The position numbers were made by a program, and so were the translations under genes. Positions 24,066-37,344 of a stretch of 64,000 nucleotides of DNA are shown here, piece after piece; the first letter of the stretch is position 1; each line of letters begins with the position of its first letter. The notes under the pieces are model-generated. The model saw only the letters and a list, made by a program, of their open reading frames with translations, made no database searches and was not told where the DNA came from. The stretch is from Marsupella aquatica (Eukaryota; Plantae; Marchantiophyta): the NCBI GenBank assembly GCA_973895155.1, contig OZ316897.1, positions 18,987,111 through 19,051,110 of the forward strand, in the 5' to 3' direction.

Positions 24066-25290
24066 TCATTCTTTGCTTAATTTACCATCTTGGGCAACTT
24101 CAAGCGTCTCCTCTACATTCCGCGAATAGTAGACTGCCACAAAGTGATGGAAATCTCCTTTCAAGATTTTCCTCAATATATCCTGGTGGCTGAAACTCGG
24201 CTCGGGTGACACCTCGAGCCAAGAATTGAGCACCAACCGGGACAGCGAAGAAATATCAAGATTCAATACGTGACGTGCGCATGTGAGGGTTACAGAGCCT
24301 ACTCTGCTGTTTCTTTCCCTCATTCATCAGTTCATACCAAGTCTAGAGCTCTCAGCTGCCCTCTGGGGATGGTAGATTCATGATTTGACGCTCAGGTGAA
24401 AACGATTTCATTTCAGGATTCATCATCCGCACTTAAAACGGTAGCAGAACTCGATTCTGATTCATTATTAAGGTATTTCAGATTCAGACGGATGTGATGC
24501 AAACTTTAAGACGGCAGCTAAAACGAGTGCTTAGGGTGTGTCCGCCCCATCTCTGTTTGAGCGTGATTGCAGCGCCAAAACGTGGAACGTTCTCGCTCGC
24601 AGAAAGCGCCGCTGGACGGAGGTGATAATGTGCTTTCTTGTGAGATCATCTGCAATTCAATTTCGAGGCAGTTTCTCACATTATGCACACTGACAACGCT
24701 TTTCCAAACATAAGGCACTGAAATAATCCCTTCATTTACTAGCCTGAAAAGTTTTCGAGTTTGCCAACTTTTCGAGCATGCCCGGAAGCATGCCTCTGTA
24801 GCTTTCCAGAGAAAGTAGGTTCTCAGAAGGTGGTGATCGACTCCGTTCGAGATCGTCACAGTTCCTGACAAGCGTCCAATCCAGATACTGAAATTGTGAG
24901 TAACTTCGGGCCAACGAAAAGCGTACCAACCAGGATAGACAGCGATACGAAACTCCATACGAAATGACTGTGACCTTTTGAATCAAGGCAATAGTGAGGG
25001 AGTTGCGAAAGATACACGATTGCTCGCTACCATCCTTTTACCATCTAGGACGACGCCTCCAAGTATGATCCTTCCCAGGGGAAAAATGGGTGAATGCATC
25101 CGAGGTGATCATCTGCTCTCCTTTCAAGATCTCGATTACCAAAACCCTTCGGCTTGCAGGAACTCGACTGTGATGCATTAAAAACACTTTTTTGGGCCAG
25201 CTTAATCGAGACGATTGTTCATTTGCTCTCCTTTCAAGATCGGCCTCAACCAAATCTCCTCAGCTAGCAGGAACTGGACTACTATGCATT
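24066..25290 (-). pseudogene. Possible highly degraded LRR-type coding remnant
   Basis: Fragments LNLDISSLSRLVLNSWLE, LLSLESYRGMLPGMLEKLANSKTF and CKPKGFGN, plus a ~111-bp diverged repeat at 25105-25290. Many stops. Confidence 0.25.
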
Positions 25291-25751
25291 ATCAATACTT
25301 TTGCTGACCGGCATCATGGAGACCAACCAGGACGACAGATGACTGTAAACGAGTGTTGATTGAAAACTGCAGGACTGGTGAGAATAGGCGACAATGACAA
25401 TCTGGCGAACACGATTGCTTCTCATTACCGCATCGACTTCCGTGTACAGAGCTCGAAAAGTTGGCAGGATCGAGGACTCGCATGTTTGTCTTGATTGAGC
25501 AGATGGAAGAACTCAAAACATCGAAACACAACCGAGCATGTCTCATGAAACTGTACATTAAAGCAACTGGTCAATCAATCTCTCCACGTGATCGATCTAC
25601 TCAACATGCAAGTCCTACACCAATCACCTGGACATCTCTCCAGCTCATCTCCTTCTCAAGGGACTATAAACCCCGACGTGAATTTTTGATTGTTGGTCTC
25701 CACGAGGCATCATAAACCCCGATGTGAATTTTAGTTTGTTCGTCTCCTCGA

Positions 25752-26326
25752 GGCTCGAGAAACCCTGGTCGTGTATTTTCATTTGATGTGAATTTAGTAA
25801 TGCACCCAAAAAGGAGGCTCGAGAAACCCTGGTCGTGTATTTTCATTCAATGTGAATTTAGTAATGCACCCAAAAAGGAGTCTCGAGAAACCCTGGTCGT
25901 GTATTTTCATTTGATGTGAATTTAGTAATGCACCCAAAAAGGAGGCTCGAGAAACCCTGGTCGTGTATTCATTTGATGTGAATTTAGTAATGCACCCAAA
26001 AAGGAGTCTCGAGAAACCCTGGTCGTGTATTTTCATTTGAAGTGAATTTTGTAATGCACCCAAAAAGGAGGCTCGAGAAACCCTGGTTGTGTATTTTCAT
26101 TTGATGTGAATTTAGTAATGCACCCAAAAAGGAGGCTCGAGAAACCCTGGTCGTGTATTTTCATTTGATGTGAATTTAGTAATGCACCCAAAAAGGAGGC
26201 TCGAGAAACCCTGGTCGTGTATTTTTATTTGATGTGAATTTTGTAATGCACCCAAAAAGGAGGCTCGAGAAACCCTGGTCGTGTATTTTCATTTGATGTG
26301 AATTTTGTAATGCACCCGAAAAGGAG
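25752..26326 (+). repeat. 64-bp minisatellite, ~9 near-identical copies
   Basis: Unit GGCTCGAGAAACCCTGGTCGTGTATTTTCATTTGATGTGAATTTAGTAATGCACCCAAAAAGGA; no unique spacers. Confidence 0.97.
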
Positions 26327-28206
26327 GGTTGTAAGGAGAACATTAATTGGGGTCTCAAGTACCTCCATCTTTTTGCTTTGATTGTGCCTTGGTGTGTTAT
26401 GATTCCGCACAACAATCATGACATGACTGGTCAGGCAGAGATTTTGAGGACCAACCAGTCCCGCCTGGGACCATAAAAGGGGCTCATTTCATAGTAAACA
26501 CAATAGTATTCAATGTGTCGTGAGGCTACTCATTTTTCCGTATGCCCAAAAATAATTGTCCGTTTGTACCCTGTTGCAATGCTCTCGACTGCCTTGCGGG
26601 CCTCCTGTGAGGTGCCAGGCTTTCTAGTTTATGAGACACCCTAATAAGGTGTTCCCTAGAGTGCCACTAAAGGTGAATCATCCCTTATTTTGACTCGGAT
26701 ACAGCCGGCTCAGGTGAATCATCCCTGAATTGGACTTAAATACAGGGTGAGTTAAGTTTTCAACCAAATATGAACTGCTGCGTGTTCAAATAAGGGGTGA
26801 AATTCCATTCACTGAGTTTGTGTGTCCAAGTTCACGTGTGCATGCTGCCAGAGGGGCTTTGAGAATGAGAGTGTGGACACAGAGACTTTGAGTACACAAG
26901 TGTTGTCATATAGGCTTCATGATCGAGAGAACATGCATGCTGTGTGCAACTCTGGATTTGTTTGTCATGATCTTCACTCAAGAAGCTACTGCACAGAGCT
27001 CAGACTTTGCTCAATCCTCTACATTTGCTGCTGAGTTTCTAGTTTGTTGTCTAGAAATTTCTTTGAACTTTCTAAGTGCAAACCATATGCTATCTTCACA
27101 GAAGCTTGTCTTGAATGATTTAGTGCTGGTGTGATTCAGTAGAAGCTGTTGTTTCTCAGCATGTCTACGTCTTTGCTTAACTTGCAATTTAGAGATGCAA
27201 AAGTCAACCTCAGTTTTAGTGAGTGACAGGTCTCAGAAGAGATTTTATGGTTATACTTTTCTGGGTCTAACTCACCTCACTTTTTGGAGTTTCACCCTCT
27301 ACATTTCATATAACTCTAATGTACTTAAAAAACTGAGTGAGTTTTTGGGACAAGAAGAAGTGAACCTCTTCAATAGAAAAATAAAAATGGTTGCATGTAT
27401 ACAATTGGGCCAAAAACATGAAAGAAGTTAAAGCTTTAGTGATACAATCTATTATTTTGTTTTATATGGTAATATTATATTTGTATCTTACGTTTCTACG
27501 TTAGATATCCTGCATAATTCCCTGCTCAAACAAAGAGAGAATGTATGGAAAATATATGCAGTCAAAAATACAAAGTGACCAGATTCCCAACCCCCATATT
27601 AATGCCTTGTTCTCTTTTAACAATCTTGAAGACCATTTTTTTGGATATTGCATGTGATTCACACCTAAATACCCCATCACTTCACAAAATACCCTTATTT
27701 CTAAAGAGAAGTTCCAAAATGTATATATTTTGGGTTTCAATGATTTATTGAAGATATAAAATAAAGAGTATTAATTATTGTTGTCTTATATGCACCTTAT
27801 TTTCTGCCTATGCTTTATAAAACTTGGGTCAAATTAATATAATAAATCCTTATTTTGGATTGCATGTGGTTTTTCATAGCTGACACCCCCCTCTCTTCCT
27901 CGCCTGCCTCTCAATGCCATGGCCATATAGCATGCTCATCCTGGAACATGCTTTATTTTTTGTCTTGTAGTGATCTGAAAGTAAATAAAATATGAGAGCA
28001 TAAAAGTGCTGTTATATAAGTAAACTGTATGCCAAGAAAAGCACAGTGACCAGGAAAAGGTACAGTCCAACGATGCTACGATGTGTGCACTTAACTCAGG
28101 GTGCCTTATGAATGACACTCCTTTCAATAATAACCATAAACCTAGGAAAGAAAAACATGAGGAGAACTTAAGAAGCTATGCATTCATGTTCTTCAGCATC
28201 ATTTCT

Positions 28207-28308
28207 CTCACTCGTGGTGGTGGAGCCTTTGGTTTCATCTCTAAGAAAACACATACTCTCACTCGTGGTGGTGGAGCCTTTGGTTTCATCTCTAAGAAAA
28301 CACATACT
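28207..28308 (+). repeat. 51-bp tandem duplication next to the retroelement fragment tail
   Basis: CTCACTCGTGGTGGTGGAGCC...AAAACACATACT occurs twice. Confidence 0.9.
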
Positions 28309-28319
28309 GTGAAAGAAAA

Positions 28320-28570
28320 AAACACATACTTTTTACAGAAAAGGGCCAAATAGAGTACAAAAGAATAAACAAGAGAGGTCCAAAGTGGACAAAACCAAAC
28401 GCAAAAGAAATGAGCAAAAGGAAACCCCTAAAAATCAAGAAAGAGTAACTAAAACTACCGCAAATGGACCGAGGTCCTCATCATTCCTAGCAGATGTGGC
28501 AAAAAGCTAATGGTCTACATCAAGTGTCAAAACTAAATCGGCAAGTGGGATTGGAATGTCCTCTAGGGGA
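28320..28570 (-). mobile_element. 5'-truncated copy of the CRE-like retroelement (last ~20 codons plus 3' UTR)
   Basis: Reverse complement matches ~42850-43147 (CCCCTAGAGGACATTCC...GATGTAGACCA.TAG...GATGAGGACCTCGGTCCATTTGCGGTAG...AAAGTATGTGT). Confidence 0.9.
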
Positions 28571-28605
28571 AAGGGGGCTGCCAAAATAAGTTCAAAACAC
28601 TCTAG

Positions 28606-28955
28606 TATACCTAAAACTAAAGGGGTCTAAAAATTAATTAAATATGTATAGAATACAAAGGCTACCCCTTGATAAGGCAGATTGAAATGAAAATACATGA
28701 CACAAAAATCTGAATAGACAATATACCTAAAACTAAAGGGGTCTAAAAATTAATTAAATATGTATAGAATACAAAGGCTACCCCTTGATAAGGCAGATTG
28801 AAATGAAAATACATGACACAAAAATCTGAATCAGACAGTATACCTAACACTAAAGGGGTCTAAAAATTAATTAAATATGTATAGAATACAAAGGCTACCC
28901 CTTGATAAGGCAGATTGAAATGAAAATACATGACACAAAAATCTGAATAAGACAA
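28606..28955 (+). repeat. ~117-bp tandem repeat, 3 copies
   Basis: TATACCTAAAACTAAAGGGGTC...AAAATCTGAAT occurs three times, nearly identical. Confidence 0.95.
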
Positions 28956-30599
28956 AATCTGAAATGTGCATTCACCATATAGCAGCTTCAAAAATTTGAC
29001 CGGTCAACTTCATGACCCTGAGCTGAGTGGCATTGTGGGCACTATGGGGAGTGACCTGGTTGGGCCATTTCATCCCAGTATAGTCTGGCCAGATAATTGC
29101 TAGTTACATATGTAATGTAGGGCCCATGGATTGGCAATAACTGTTAAGTGAAGCATCCATTGCAAGGCGAAAATTGTTTGTAAATCAAAATGAATGGTAC
29201 CTGGACTGGCTGAAAAAGGAGCTTGACGTTATGTTGTACAGCTTGGTAACATGCCCCCTACATTGCATTTTATTGGGGACTGCCAAGAGACTGTCTATTC
29301 ATTAAAATGAATTATTATTCAATTTATGAACATTTGGGTAACAAAAAGTGTACATTTGGCTTTCAAAAAGTGTACAATTGGACAAGAAATAAAGATGTTT
29401 GCCATCAAATGTACCACCATGTTCATCATTTGTAAATAAACAGTTAGGATGAGACTCCTTTTAGTAAAGATCATTTTTGCACCCTCAAGTTTACAATTGA
29501 TCATTTAGGTGTAGAGTAGTGTACTATATTGTACCTTTTGGGGTTAAAAAGTGAACATTTAGAGGCCTAAAAGTGAACAAATAAAATACACTTTTAATGA
29601 ATGCAGTGACTATGACCCAAAGACCCAAGCTAGACACAAACAAACAACGTCTAGAGCCTCAACTAAACCCTTTTGGCAGTGTCTCCAAAGTAGAACCTGG
29701 AGTTCATATACAGCTCTAATACATTTGGCACTCATATGTAAACCCTAATCCTATTTTAAAGTCTGTAGTGGTTGGTACCTTTGATCACCCAAAACTCACT
29801 CACTAAACTAGGGATCTCTTGGGTCCGTAGCATTTCACCAAATTCTACAGCTGAAAACCAACCCTTCATAACAAAACAAACATCAAACACAAAAGTGCAC
29901 AGAATCCAATTTGGGGACTATGTTAGGCGGGATGTTAGGATAAGGGCTGCTTTCCATATTGTGACTATTGTGATACTCCAAGGGTTAACTAAGTGTATAT
30001 TTTTGGGATGCCTAATTTGAATACCATTATGTCATGAAGACAACCTGAGGCCATAGTAGAGAGGGGTGTCGGGCGGTGATGGATGACAAGGGAACCATTG
30101 AGGGGGTACAAGGAGGCCACAAGGCATCCCAAGGACTTGGAGCCAAGGTGTGGACATCTTGGAGGGGTGGGGGCTGGTCGGAGGCTCCACGTAAGGAGCA
30201 AAACGGGAAGAATGACCAAAATATAGAAAACATTGAAACTTAAAACAGACTTTTCTGCGCTAGTACTATTCTAAACATGGTCATGTTTGGATTCATTGTG
30301 AAGCCCTCAATGAGCCCCATGCGAAACTGAGGTTCTATAGTTGATTTTAGGTCCATATCAAACAGTGACATCTTGAGGGACCTCAACGCCCGTAAAACAG
30401 AAAACTAGGCAATCTTGGAGTAGTGATGATGGGAGGGCCCTTAGAAGGAAGGGGTTCCCACACTTGTGTTCCCCTTCACCCTTTGTGTGGTCCTCACATG
30501 TTTTTTTTGCTCTCTTTCCCTTCCCCACCGTAGAAGGGGCCCTCACACTTTTGTCCTTTCCTTTTCTCTATTCTCACTTGTGGGGTTTCCATCCATACC

Positions 30600-31620
30600 T
30601 AAACCCTAAATCCCTTCCCTCTTGTGCTTGCTTTCAACATGTGTACGGACCCTGATTGTACGAACATCAGATTTTCGACCATCTCAAAATCAGGAGTCTA
30701 CGGGCTTGTTGGAAAGAGCTCGCCGAGCTGAATCCAACGATGTGTCACATGGCCGAAACGGAGCTAAGACGGGGGAGATACAACAGATCGCGTTTTTTTG
30801 AGAATACGAGAGTTTTGAGGCCGTACGGATGTCCGTACGACAGGAGGTCCCGGCTTTGCAAGAGAAGGAGGAGGTAGCAGCACATACGGGGGAACCGTGA
30901 TCCGTGTTTTTCAAGCCGGGGCCCCCTGGTGTTGTACGGACGAAACGGAGGGAGACGGTGCCCCGTGAAAACCGTTTGCCCTCCATTTTGTGCACCGTTT
31001 ACGGAGCCGTGATCAGGAAGAGGAGGGCTCCTCAGATATGTTTTCAGAAGTGAATTCTGAGAAAATTTAGTTTCGACAATTGTAGGGGTCCCCTCTTTTT
31101 ATGGCGTACCGGGGGTGACGATCAGGAGGATTGAGGTTGGTAGGCAAGGTAGATAAATAGGATATGAGGTGGTGGACTCAAGTGAGTCCTTGTTTAGCGG
31201 AGTGGTATTCACTCCAGATGAGAGTGATGAGGAGACCAACTCACGGGGCTCAAGCCAGGGCACCGTGAGTGAGGAGGAGGAGGACTGATGAGGAGACCAA
31301 CTCACGGGGCTCAAGCCATGGCACCGTGAGTGAGGAGGAGGAGGACTAGGGTAGCCGTACGGACTTGTCGTACGATCTCTGGATTTTGAAACTTTTTGGA
31401 AGGGTGCACTCACGGGCTTGTTGGAAAGAGCTCGCGGAGCTGATTCCAACAAGAGGCGGCGCTCCTCAAACGGAGCCAGGATGAGTAAGTTAGTGCCCGG
31501 TGAAGTTGGTAAGTAAGTGATACTGAAACGGCCATAACTTGGTCGTTTGGCGTCCGTTTCGAGAGCGGTTTTGTGATTCATGATCAGGGGCAGTAGGGCT
31601 ACCCAAGGGTGAGCTCATAG
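30600..31620. repeat. TE-like GC-rich non-coding block with dispersed repeats
   Basis: CGGGCTTGTTGGAAAGAGCTCGC[CG]GAGCTGA[AT]TCCAAC at ~30701 and ~31413; 60-bp tandem duplication at ~31226-31347. Confidence 0.6.
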
Positions 31621-32489
31621 GTGCAATCAGAGTGGCACCTAGTTTTGGCAATTGTGGGGTCCCTTGCATTTTTTGCGGTTCACGAAGTGATGTTGGGGCG
31701 CCGTCGAAGGCACCGTCGGTCCCATTGTTAGATTAGGGTTTTTAGGAGCATGTGTGTGCCGCATGCTTTAGGATTAGGGATTTACTTGTGTGAAAGTTTA
31801 TGCAGGGTTTTAGCGGCGCCGCTAGGGTGGCCGCCACCATGGTGATCCCGTGAGGGGTGCTTTGGTGTGTTTTTTTTCAGTATTTAGGGGGAAAGCCTCG
31901 GAGTAGTTATGGGGGGGAACTCTGTCTAGTGTTGGTGTTAGGGAAGTTAGCTCATAGCCATAAGGGGAATTCGAGCCAGAGTAGTGAGGTAGAGGTGTAG
32001 CGCTTGCCCCAGTGAGGCAGGAGTTGGACAAACGACAGGAGGCAGGAGTTGGGCAGATGACAGGAGGCTGGGTTGTCCTTGCAATGTGTTACCACTTTTT
32101 GCAAAAGATATGGATTTGGTTTGATTCCTCAAGTTTTGGTGTGGCGTTATCTTTTTCGGTTCACGATTGTGTTCTTTCCCCAAGAAGTGTCTAAGGAATC
32201 CTTGCACGGTTTGGTCAACCATGTGAGTAGGAGGGGTGGTGACAACACTCCACCAACGACCAGTAGGAGTGTGTGTGTGGTGTAGTCCATGGGACTTGAT
32301 CAAAAGCAGAGCGCCTAGTCGATAGACTTGATCAAAAATTACATTTCCGGGAGCGAAAATAAACATACTCATCCTAAATGCAATAGAATCCTAATAGCGT
32401 CCCTCCACGTTCCCGTCGTACAATAACAAACGATTTTAGTAGGAGTAAATACGTATTTGTCGTATGAATCGTTTGATAAGCAGGTGACA

Positions 32490-32990
32490 GCACATAAGGT
32501 TTTGTCCCGGCTCAGGTATAAAATCATTTTATGGCCTTTGCCATAACTTATCTGGGGCCTTACTTTGGCATTCCCTATTGCTCTAAGGGCACCTGACTTC
32601 CATATCCAAGGCTATGCCTACCTGGCGGCCTCAGCCAATAAGCTTTTTTCCCAGGAATCCAATCATTTATGTCCTTTGCCATAACTTATTTAGGGCCTTA
32701 CTTTGGCAATCCCTATTGCTCTCAGGGCACCTGACTTCCATATCCAAGGCTATGCCTACCCGGCCGCCTGAGCACATAAGGTTTTGTCCCAGGGATGAAA
32801 TCATTTTATGGCTTTTGCCATAACTGATCTAGGGCCTTACTTTGCCATTCCCTATTGCTCTCAGGGCACCTGACTTCCATATCCAAGGCTATGCCTACCC
32901 GGCCGCCTGAGCCGCATTCTCTATTGGTCTCAGGCCACCTGAGTACCTGACTTCCACAGCCAAAGGCTACGCCGACCTGGCCGCCTCCGC
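32490..32990 (+). repeat. ~140-bp tandem repeat, 3 full copies and 1 partial
   Basis: Recurring TTTGCCATAACT...CCCTATTGCTCT.AGGGCACCTGACTTCCATATCCAAGGCTATGCCTACC. Confidence 0.92.
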
Positions 32991-35900
32991 ATTGCGGCTG
33001 AGCAAGGGCTTTCCGGCCAGCACCAGCTGCACTCGGGCCTCTCCCTTAGGGTGACCTGTTGCCGCAGGTACTAGGCCTCCCGCTTGGAGGATCGAGCCAT
33101 CTGGCTCTGCCTCCCTAGCTCGGTAGTTTTGGCTGCCCCTACTGCACCGATGACCTCCGCCCCCATGCCAACAAGCTGCAGCTTCCTCCGCCCACTCAGA
33201 CATGGGCTCCGCCTCTCAGCTGGCCCGAAGCTACAGCCCTTGTTGTCCTACAGTGTGGGGATACACCTATGGCCGCCCTCCATGCCCTCCATGCCCTCTA
33301 CTTTGCACTTTCTTCGGTGAACTTGGGTGGCTGGTTGAGCTTTCCAATCAGCTACAGAGTTTGGTCCCTTCTTTGGTTCTAAAGTCCTCCAAGACGGCAA
33401 GACACCTATGCTACTGCTCGACTGTACATCACTCTTAATTCGCACTTTCTTCGGTGAACTTGGGTGGCTAGTTGAACCAAAACTAAGACTGGCAGCTTTG
33501 TCAAACAAGTCGACGCTTTCTAAATTATCATGCTTTCGCTGAACAAATTCATGACTGAAAGGAGAGGCTCAAATAGAGAGGATATAGGATCTATCGTACA
33601 GTTTCTACTAAAGACAGAAACTTTCAAAATCAAGCTCTCATGTAGACTCTGTGTCACCCAAGCTCTCAGCCTCTCAATCTCACCACCTGACATCATGATC
33701 CCCACCCTCATTGACTACTTAAAAAACTCAAGACTGAGGGGCTCTCCTGCCCAATCATCGCACCGAGCCTCGCCTTTGAGCTCTGCGCCTTTCAATCTCA
33801 CATGATCGGGTACAAGATCGGGTACAAGATGCAAATGGAAATGGAATCAACACAACAACAGCACGTTTTGACAAGTATAGCAATCTTTGGAAAGATCACG
33901 TACCAGTGATCGAGTAGTACCTAGAACATGGTGCTCTCAAGCTCCAAAGCCTGGTGTCTTAGGGAGGCCAACGAACACAAGCTCAGACAGAATTTCAAAT
34001 TGAAAGGAGACCTGTGCCATGGACAAGGTTAGAGGTTTAGAACATGGACATAGTCATGGTATAGTGACCAAGCATTGAACTGGCAACAGGGCAGGTGGTG
34101 GGTCCACCAGCAGTGCACTGAGTGCACTTCCAGGGAATTGTTTCCCTGGTTGATTCACGCTGGATGTCCTGAATATACGGTCCTTGATCACACACTTAAG
34201 CTGGTTACGCGTGCGAGTTTGCGGATCCTGTAGCCCACCAGCCAACAGAATGTAATTAAGTATATTGTAAGGTAGTCCATGGCCCCGCTTTGCCTAATTG
34301 AGTGAGGCACACTGATTCGTTTAGGGCTCTACAAAAGAGACATGATCTGAGCGATTTGCAGAGCTGCATCGCTAAAGAAGCACAGGATTGGCGAAGCGCA
34401 GGCACTTTTCAGCGACCAGTACTTAAGTGTGCAAATCGAAGTTGCGTGACAAAGGGGAATCTGAATGAGTCGACATCTACCCATGCAATTTACATCTGGC
34501 GGGTCCATAATTCCACCTGACGCCATACATGCACAGAGCGCTGCATTGGGTTCCGCTATGGCACCACCATCATGGACAACCGCAAAATGCAAAAAGGACC
34601 AAAATAGCTGACGCGAGAGGCTCATTGTTGGCATGACTCTGTACTGCAGTCATCGACTGTCATAGAGTTGTACTGATTCTGTCTTGAGAGGCCAGCTGCC
34701 TGTGAGAGATCATTCTAGATTACAGTCTCCGCATGTCAGCCACTGGGAAGGATTGATGCGGGATGCAGTTAGCAGCATTATCTGATTGTGGAATCCGATT
34801 CCAACTATTCCAACTGAGTTTAATTCAAAGTCTGACAGAGAATTGAAACCGAATGCAACGTCTAAGAGTGTGTATGACACAACCATGTGAACACATTGAT
34901 TGTGTCCCCGTCGACTTTCCAAAAATAATAGGCCGGCACTGGAAAGAATACTGAAGAAGGCATTCATAGAGGAGGTTCCGAGGGAAGTTTCATTCGACCA
35001 TTCGACTTTGCATGGCTCTCAATCAGGGTCTCAATGATCACCTTGCATTGATTGGACTTCAATTGAGCTCTCAAGAACTCAGCCTTTATGACTTGAACAT
35101 TCAATCATTCTGTGCACCTCTTTTCTGTATAGACTGATGGAGTGATGGGGCCGTCTTCAGTAGGTTCTGATAATGTCTCTGATCGAAGCCTTTGCCCTTG
35201 CATGAGTAGCTCAAGTGGGCTCACAAGCTTATCAGCCACTGTAATAACAACTATCCCAAGATTCTACTAGCTGGTACCATCTTGTCGTCAAGCATGTAGT
35301 AACTTCCTATCCCGAATCTTTTCCTACCGTTCCTTATATTTTGGATAGTGACAAAGTGGCTGTACGCAGTGGAACACTATTGAGGGAATCTGGTCCGGAC
35401 TGATGTGGAGTATTTAATTCGGTTTCCGGTCAGAGTGGATATGAAGGATTTACACTTTGGATTGAAGGTTGGCTCTCTGTATCACTTACTGTATGGCATC
35501 AATAGGGGGTCTCAAACCTCAAATTCGATGGACAGACAAAGCTATGAACTACCAAATTAAATTCGCTATCGCCATGACCATAAGTCACTGTAGAAGCTAG
35601 TGAGAAAAAAAATTAAAACACTTACACAACCCTGTGAAAAAGCTAGCTATGGCCATTTGTTTACAGCCAAAAGCAATAAAACAACTATATATGAAGCTTT
35701 GAGACGCCGTCATGGTTATCGTCCACACTTCTCGATCCGCTACTAGCCAAATCTTTTAATCCGAAATTGATGTTGCCCAGTTAAAACCAGTTTGTTAACA
35801 GAACTCACGACCTACTCGGAATAAATGAGCCAGGTCAACTATGGTGACAAAACCTCACGCAATAGTCTGGTGAATATCTCCAAATGCAAATCCTGCAACA

Positions 35901-37239
35901 TTCGCAATTGAAATCTCTCCGTGTCGTAAGAACGCGGAAGTCACCTTATTTACTTGTCTCTCCACAGTCTTTCATTTAGTAATCGGAACCGGAACTTCTT
36001 CAGGGTCTCAAGTCGTCTCAAAGTGCATGTCGCATAATTTTATGCAATATGACTATAATCATGTCGACTATCGGAAGCATACCCCAAATTACTGGATTGC
36101 CTCCTTGCTTGGCTCATCCGTTTGCGCTCCCGGACAGTCTCTCACGTGGAATGTTGAATCAGAGTACCGTTTTGTTTCAACTTCACGAGCAATTATCGGC
36201 TCTGGGCAGCACTGCAGCAATGTCAAGAAGTACTCTATTGCATCAGAATTTACACCCTCGATGGTGTCTCAGGCTCCGTGGAGTCCGTGAGCCTGTGGTC
36301 TCCAAAGCAAGGAATACAAGGGCCATTGACGGCAGTGTTGTACCATTGTGGCAGAACTGGGAGTCTCGGTGCAGCAAGGAGTAGATGACGGCTAACTGTG
36401 GCCATGAGCTTTGACGAACAGTTCACGAATTGACTTGTTTGTTATTTCTTCGTGAAAGAGGCCGTTTTGGTGAATGAGATCTGGGATAACCCTTTACATT
36501 ACAAAAAGGCGCTGTTGTTTCATTCAATGTCTTGCTTGTTCGGACTTTCAGTAAAAATCTGGATAAAACTTCAGAATCCTGTCCTTGCCTGAAGATGGCG
36601 GCAGTTTCTGATGATCTGGATCTGGTGTGAACGTTACACTCATGTACTTGTTGTTCCATTCAATGTGTTGCCTAATAATTCCTTGAGACTCTGAATCTGG
36701 AAAAAGAAAGACCTCCATGTACTTCACATACTCTGTAATCAATGTCTGGTACTGTACTCCCCTTGGTCAATGATTTCAATCGATGTTTCGGTCCTCGACA
36801 AATTCGGTATGAAGTCGTTCAAGGTCCTTGCCATATCCTGTTGTGTTAAGATTAACATTGTTGAATCTGGACGATGGACCTTTTGATTATAGTCTCCGCC
36901 ACAACTGACAGTGGGTTTTGTAACGTATAGCTAGGTGTACATATTATTTCGTGTTCATACATTTCTATGGAATGCGATTGCTGTATAGTACGGGTGTCAC
37001 TCAAAACCTGTTGAGCGTTACATGACTGTCTAAACACACAAATATTGAATAGGCTGCACCCATTATCTCAGAGAGGCACTAGGCTACTTGCCAGTAATTT
37101 TTAAATTTAGATATACTATAACTGTAGGTGAAGCATTACGAGGTCCAATACAAAACTACACTAATGAGGTTTCGGGGATTCATTACTTATGTTGGTCTTC
37201 ATGGGAATGCTCCATGAACAGAACTGCATGAGTTCCCAC

Positions 37240-37344
37240 ATACCATCCCATCTTCATCTCTTTGAAGGTGCTAGTAACAAGTGTCATGATGAGCTCCCAC
37301 ATATCATCCCATCTTCATCTCTTTGAAGGTGTTAGTAACAAGTG
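37240..37344 (+). repeat. ~61-bp tandem duplication
   Basis: CATCCCATCTTCATCTCTTTGAAGGTG.TAGTAACAAGTG occurs twice. Confidence 0.8.

Noticed and set aside
25752-26326. CRISPR-like array
   Set aside because: Units are fully tandem with no unique spacers, no cas genes are present, and the context is eukaryotic.
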